DNA of 63,564 bases, filler included, from Salisapilia sapeloensis CBS 127946 (lineage: Eukaryota; Protista; Oomycota), in the NCBI GenBank assembly GCA_023334545.1. It is 9 parts of 9 records of this genome, joined end to end, with 100 filler letters (N's around TTAATTAATTAA, not from the genome) between each part and the next. Parts side by side here need not be neighbours in the genome. Positions count along the whole stretch, not along the records: positions 48,673 to 62,401 come from JAADVB010000397.1; positions 62,502 to 63,564 come from JAADVB010001331.1; 7 more parts are not named here. One strand, given 5' to 3'. The notes under the pieces were generated by a model that had not been told where the DNA came from, searched no databases, and worked only from the letters and a program-made list of their open reading frames with translations. Below, piece after piece: positions 60,106 to 63,564 of the stretch. The position numbers were made by a program, and so were the translations under genes. How positions within the stretch are numbered: the stretch's first letter is position 1; each line of letters begins with the position of its first letter.

Positions 60106-61908
60106 CTATCCATGAAATGGCACCACTTTTACCGGCAAGTCGCTGCCCACTGATAGATCCAAGGCAGGAGTAGAGACAATTTCATGTGGATTCTCCAGCA
60201 TCTTCAAATTGAACTTGCTGAGTATCGAACACATCACGATCTGCAATTCAACTATCGCCATCCGCTGTCCGATGCATCGTCCAGGTCCAGTAGCCTATGA
60301 TCAAGATTGACACAGTTAAACGCATATCCTAGTTTAGATGATAGATAGAAACATACGAAGACCGGGAACTGAGATGACTTGAAAGCGATAATGCCTCCCG
60401 TCGACGGGTCAATCCAGCGCTCAGGCTTAAACTCATGTGCGTCTTCTCCCCAAACATCATCCAAGTGCCCTGTTGCCCCAATGGCAGCTACGATCTCAGT
60501 GCCCTTGCTCACATATGTACCATCAACAAGCGTAGTCGATTGGATAGCATATCGTGGTGAAAACGGGATTGTCGAGTCTATACGAAGTGTCTCTCGAATC
60601 ACAGCCTCCAGGTAGTGGAGCTGTTCGACCTCTTCCACGGTCGGAACATCCGCATTTTCGTCTAAAAGATGAGGTAGCTTTTTTTGGATCTCTGCGCGAA
60701 TTCTAGTCACAACTCCCGGATGACGATTCAGCTCGACGACAATCCAGGACATCGTTGTACTTGTCGTCGCGGATCCCGCGAAAAAGAAGTTTATAACCAA
60801 GTCGCGCATTAATGTAGGGTCAGCATCCAACTTTCCTGTCTTTAAAGCTTCCTTGGCTTGACTATCTAAAAAGAGGGAAATCAAGTCCTTTGAACGGACA
60901 ATAGAGCTGCCATCGGTGTGCCCATCTTGCAACTCTCGTTTCTTATTGACAATGGACTTGTGGATGATATCGTAGATCAATCCGTCCAAGTACTCTTTAC
61001 TCTTTGCAAGCTCCGCTTCTTCACCAATACGGAACATCCGTTCAAAGTGCCATAACCAACCTGGCTCTTGATGCCGACGAAAGCTAACGCGAGACATGAC
61101 GCGTATATTCTCGATAAACTCGTTCGTCTCTCCTCGTAATCCTTTCTGCATACTTTCTAAATCAACGCCAAATCCAATCTAATTTCATTAGAGTCATACC
61201 ATTGATTATAGCAATAGTATCGAGTATTCTTTTACCTGGGTAAAGACATCCGTCGTCAGTTCCACGAATGCGATTCGAGCAGAAACGACTGTCTCGCGCT
61301 TTGCATACTCATGTAAGACTTGAACAAATTCATGACTCCGCTGTCGGATCGTCGTATGCATGACATCCTTCATCATCTGCATACTGAACAGGTGCGAAGC
61401 TACTTTTCGTTGGTATTTCCAATGACTGCCACTGCTGTTAATAATGCCGTCTCCAAGAAAATCATGTAGGCGATCCGTCGTAATTGGACTTCGGACAAAC
61501 ATATCCTTCTGAGTAGTGTAAACATCTTCGATGTGTTCTGGAGTCGAAATAATCACCCATGGAGTTTGGTAGAGAACTTTTAGCATCCAAGGCTTCCCTC
61601 GCTTCTCTTTACATACTTCGGTAAACCATTCACTCATCCTGTCGAATCGAATGTATATATCAAATGGTTGGTAAATGTAATCAATTAGGCGATGATATGT
61701 ACCGATGACGATTGCGTAGAAGCTGTAGGGTACTACCTAAGAATGGTAGCACTCCCTTTGGTCGAGGTAATGGATGTCCGTCAGCAGTATAAGCACGAGG
61801 TCTTTGGACATACGATAAGAGCACATATCCTGCCGCAAATGGAAGCGCTACAACTGCTATCGATTGCGACGTAGAAAGCTGCTTGAAACTTTCCATCGCG
61901 CGGTCCAT
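60106..61908 (-). CDS. Cytochrome P450 (CYP86/704-like oomycete clade), 4 exons, atypical motifs
   Basis: N-anchor and PRP hinge, W(KY)QRK, I-helix AGSATT, ETLR and PERW are present. After the intron at 60295-60356 the heme motif reads FATGPGRCIG. The spliced frame is intact. Confidence 0.9.
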
Positions 61909-63564
61909 TTCTATTGACAGCAGTTCTCCTAGCAGGTTGACCGATAGCTATCAAATGGACAAGGTCTGATTCTTTAAGGTACGTCGGAGGTACGTCATTT
62001 CAACCAACTGCTATCAAAGTATCCTAAAGCGGTGCAACACACATCAAAAGCACCAAGGCTGGTTAAGTACCCTACAAACAGACAGCATAATCAGTGGCAG
62101 CAATGTTTCTACGCAGGGTTGCTACACTTCGTTTACGACAAGAGACGTTCAGTCGATGGAAATTGATAAATCAAAATTAGGGGATGTCAAACCTACGGTA
62201 ACCTCGAATCAATATCAAGCATCCAGTGGCCAAAGTATCTTCCTACACTATCCACAGTAGACAAACACCTGAGACTGAAGGCAAGGGTTTGGAAAATAAT
62301 CATGCAAAATGGATGGATGTTTGTGTTTGCGATTCCATCCATAATGGTACCATTGGCTATTGATTGTGGTTCCCATAAAGTTATTTGGCCGAGTTGTACC
62401 CNNNNNNNNNNNNNNNNNNNNNNNNNNNNNNNNNNNNNNNNNNNNTTAATTAATTAANNNNNNNNNNNNNNNNNNNNNNNNNNNNNNNNNNNNNNNNNNN
62501 NAAGCTTGCCAACTAGACAACATTAATAGAGAGATAGAGCGATTTGCGTAGTTGTAAACTTCATTGGAGTTGGGGCCATCGATTCGAAGCAAAACTGGAA
62601 GTGAAGATGTATGCTGTTCGACATAATAAAAGAAAATCAAGTTGCAATCGGTAGATCATCCAAGGGCAGCCCAACGAAAGTTGTGCAGATCTACGGTCCG
62701 AGCTGCCTATCTGCAAATTACTGCATCGAAGATTCAATTTCGGTGTGCGCACACTGGGGCGTAAAGTAGCTGTTATAAGTCATTTGTCGTCAATGTATCT
62801 CCATTCTACTTTAATTCAATTTAATCGTTGCTAGATCCACGTTGGGTACGAGTAACAGTCAGAAAAATGTTATAGTTTACTTTCCATTCATACCTTAGAT
62901 TATTTTTGAAGTCTGCCGAATACAAATGGGTTTAGAATGCACCATTGAAGGTTTTGTAGCCCGTCGATGCTACCGAAAATTCCATTTATTAAACTCTCCC
63001 ACCATCTTGCTTATTCAGCGGTCTCGTGGTAAATATATTAATCTCAGTACTACCTGACAAGGGTCCATGTCAGAAATGCTCTGGCTATGTAGCTTTTTAT
63101 CTGTGCAATGTTCGATAAGTGTCATCGGAGATATACAATATTCAATAGGCACATATTTAGTTTTGAGTTTTACTAGATCTGAAGGCTGACTTCACCCGGC
63201 GCCGCATGAAGCAGCAGGCACCATATACAGAAATACTGCGGAGTTCTTGCGGTAGCAACCCGTGAAATAGGCACAGATCCCTCCGTTCATGCTACTAGAA
63301 GGTACTCAACTTGATTCCGCCATTCAATTTGATGAACAATTTTAATTATAGATTGTTTGAGCGCGTTCGATGATGCATTATATAGGTTCCCGACCGCACA
63401 TGGCACGAAAGAACTTCGATCAACGTGACTTTAGCTTAAGCGTTAATATACTATGAACGCATTGTACCTTTCGAAGTGAGATTTCCCTCCGATGTCTCAC
63501 TCTGCATTGATCGACATTTTGAACATTGTTCATTATCCTCACTTCACGATTTTCTCATCAGCAA

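Noticed and set aside
62502-63564. Final contig
   Set aside because: No sustained ORF or recognisable repeat.
1-63564. tRNA, rRNA, CRISPR or telomeric arrays
   Set aside because: None recognised by inspection. A covariance-model scan was not possible.

Overview
This is a eukaryotic window, most likely from a zoospore-forming oomycete. The evidence is short 50-70 nt GT-AG introns, oomycete-typical families (TKL kinases, GH81, START-FYVE, HA-repeat and multi-TM proteins) and ciliary genes (kinesin-9, ARL16). Nine contigs are joined by eight artificial 100-nt spacers (44 N + TTAATTAATTAA + 44 N), so adjacency across gaps is unproven. Bases 1-20.8 kb and 29-36.5 kb are gene-dense and carry intact genes: a FAIM-like/NZF protein, a sphingomyelinase C-like enzyme, a PH protein, a 2H phosphoesterase, a trypsin-fold protease, an APC transporter, GH81, a class IV aminotransferase, NDUFS6, a KIF6/9 kinesin, ARL16, a mucin, EEF1AKMT1, a PB1-UBA protein and an EB1-like protein. 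Bases 21-28 kb and 36.8-63.5 kb are accessory, with Gypsy LTRs, pseudogenes and ankyrin/kinase genes. The two strongest leads are (1) an MLKL-like four-helix-bundle + catalytically intact non-RD kinase + C2 gene lying tail-to-tail with an ankyrin-repeat non-RD kinase, a candidate necroptosis-like module, and (2) a secreted LRR (pseudo)gene invisible to the ORF track, built from 14 symmetric phase-2 exons of 60-72 nt, one LRR each, with a four-exon higher-order repeat. All family calls come from motif recognition by eye; no database search was run.
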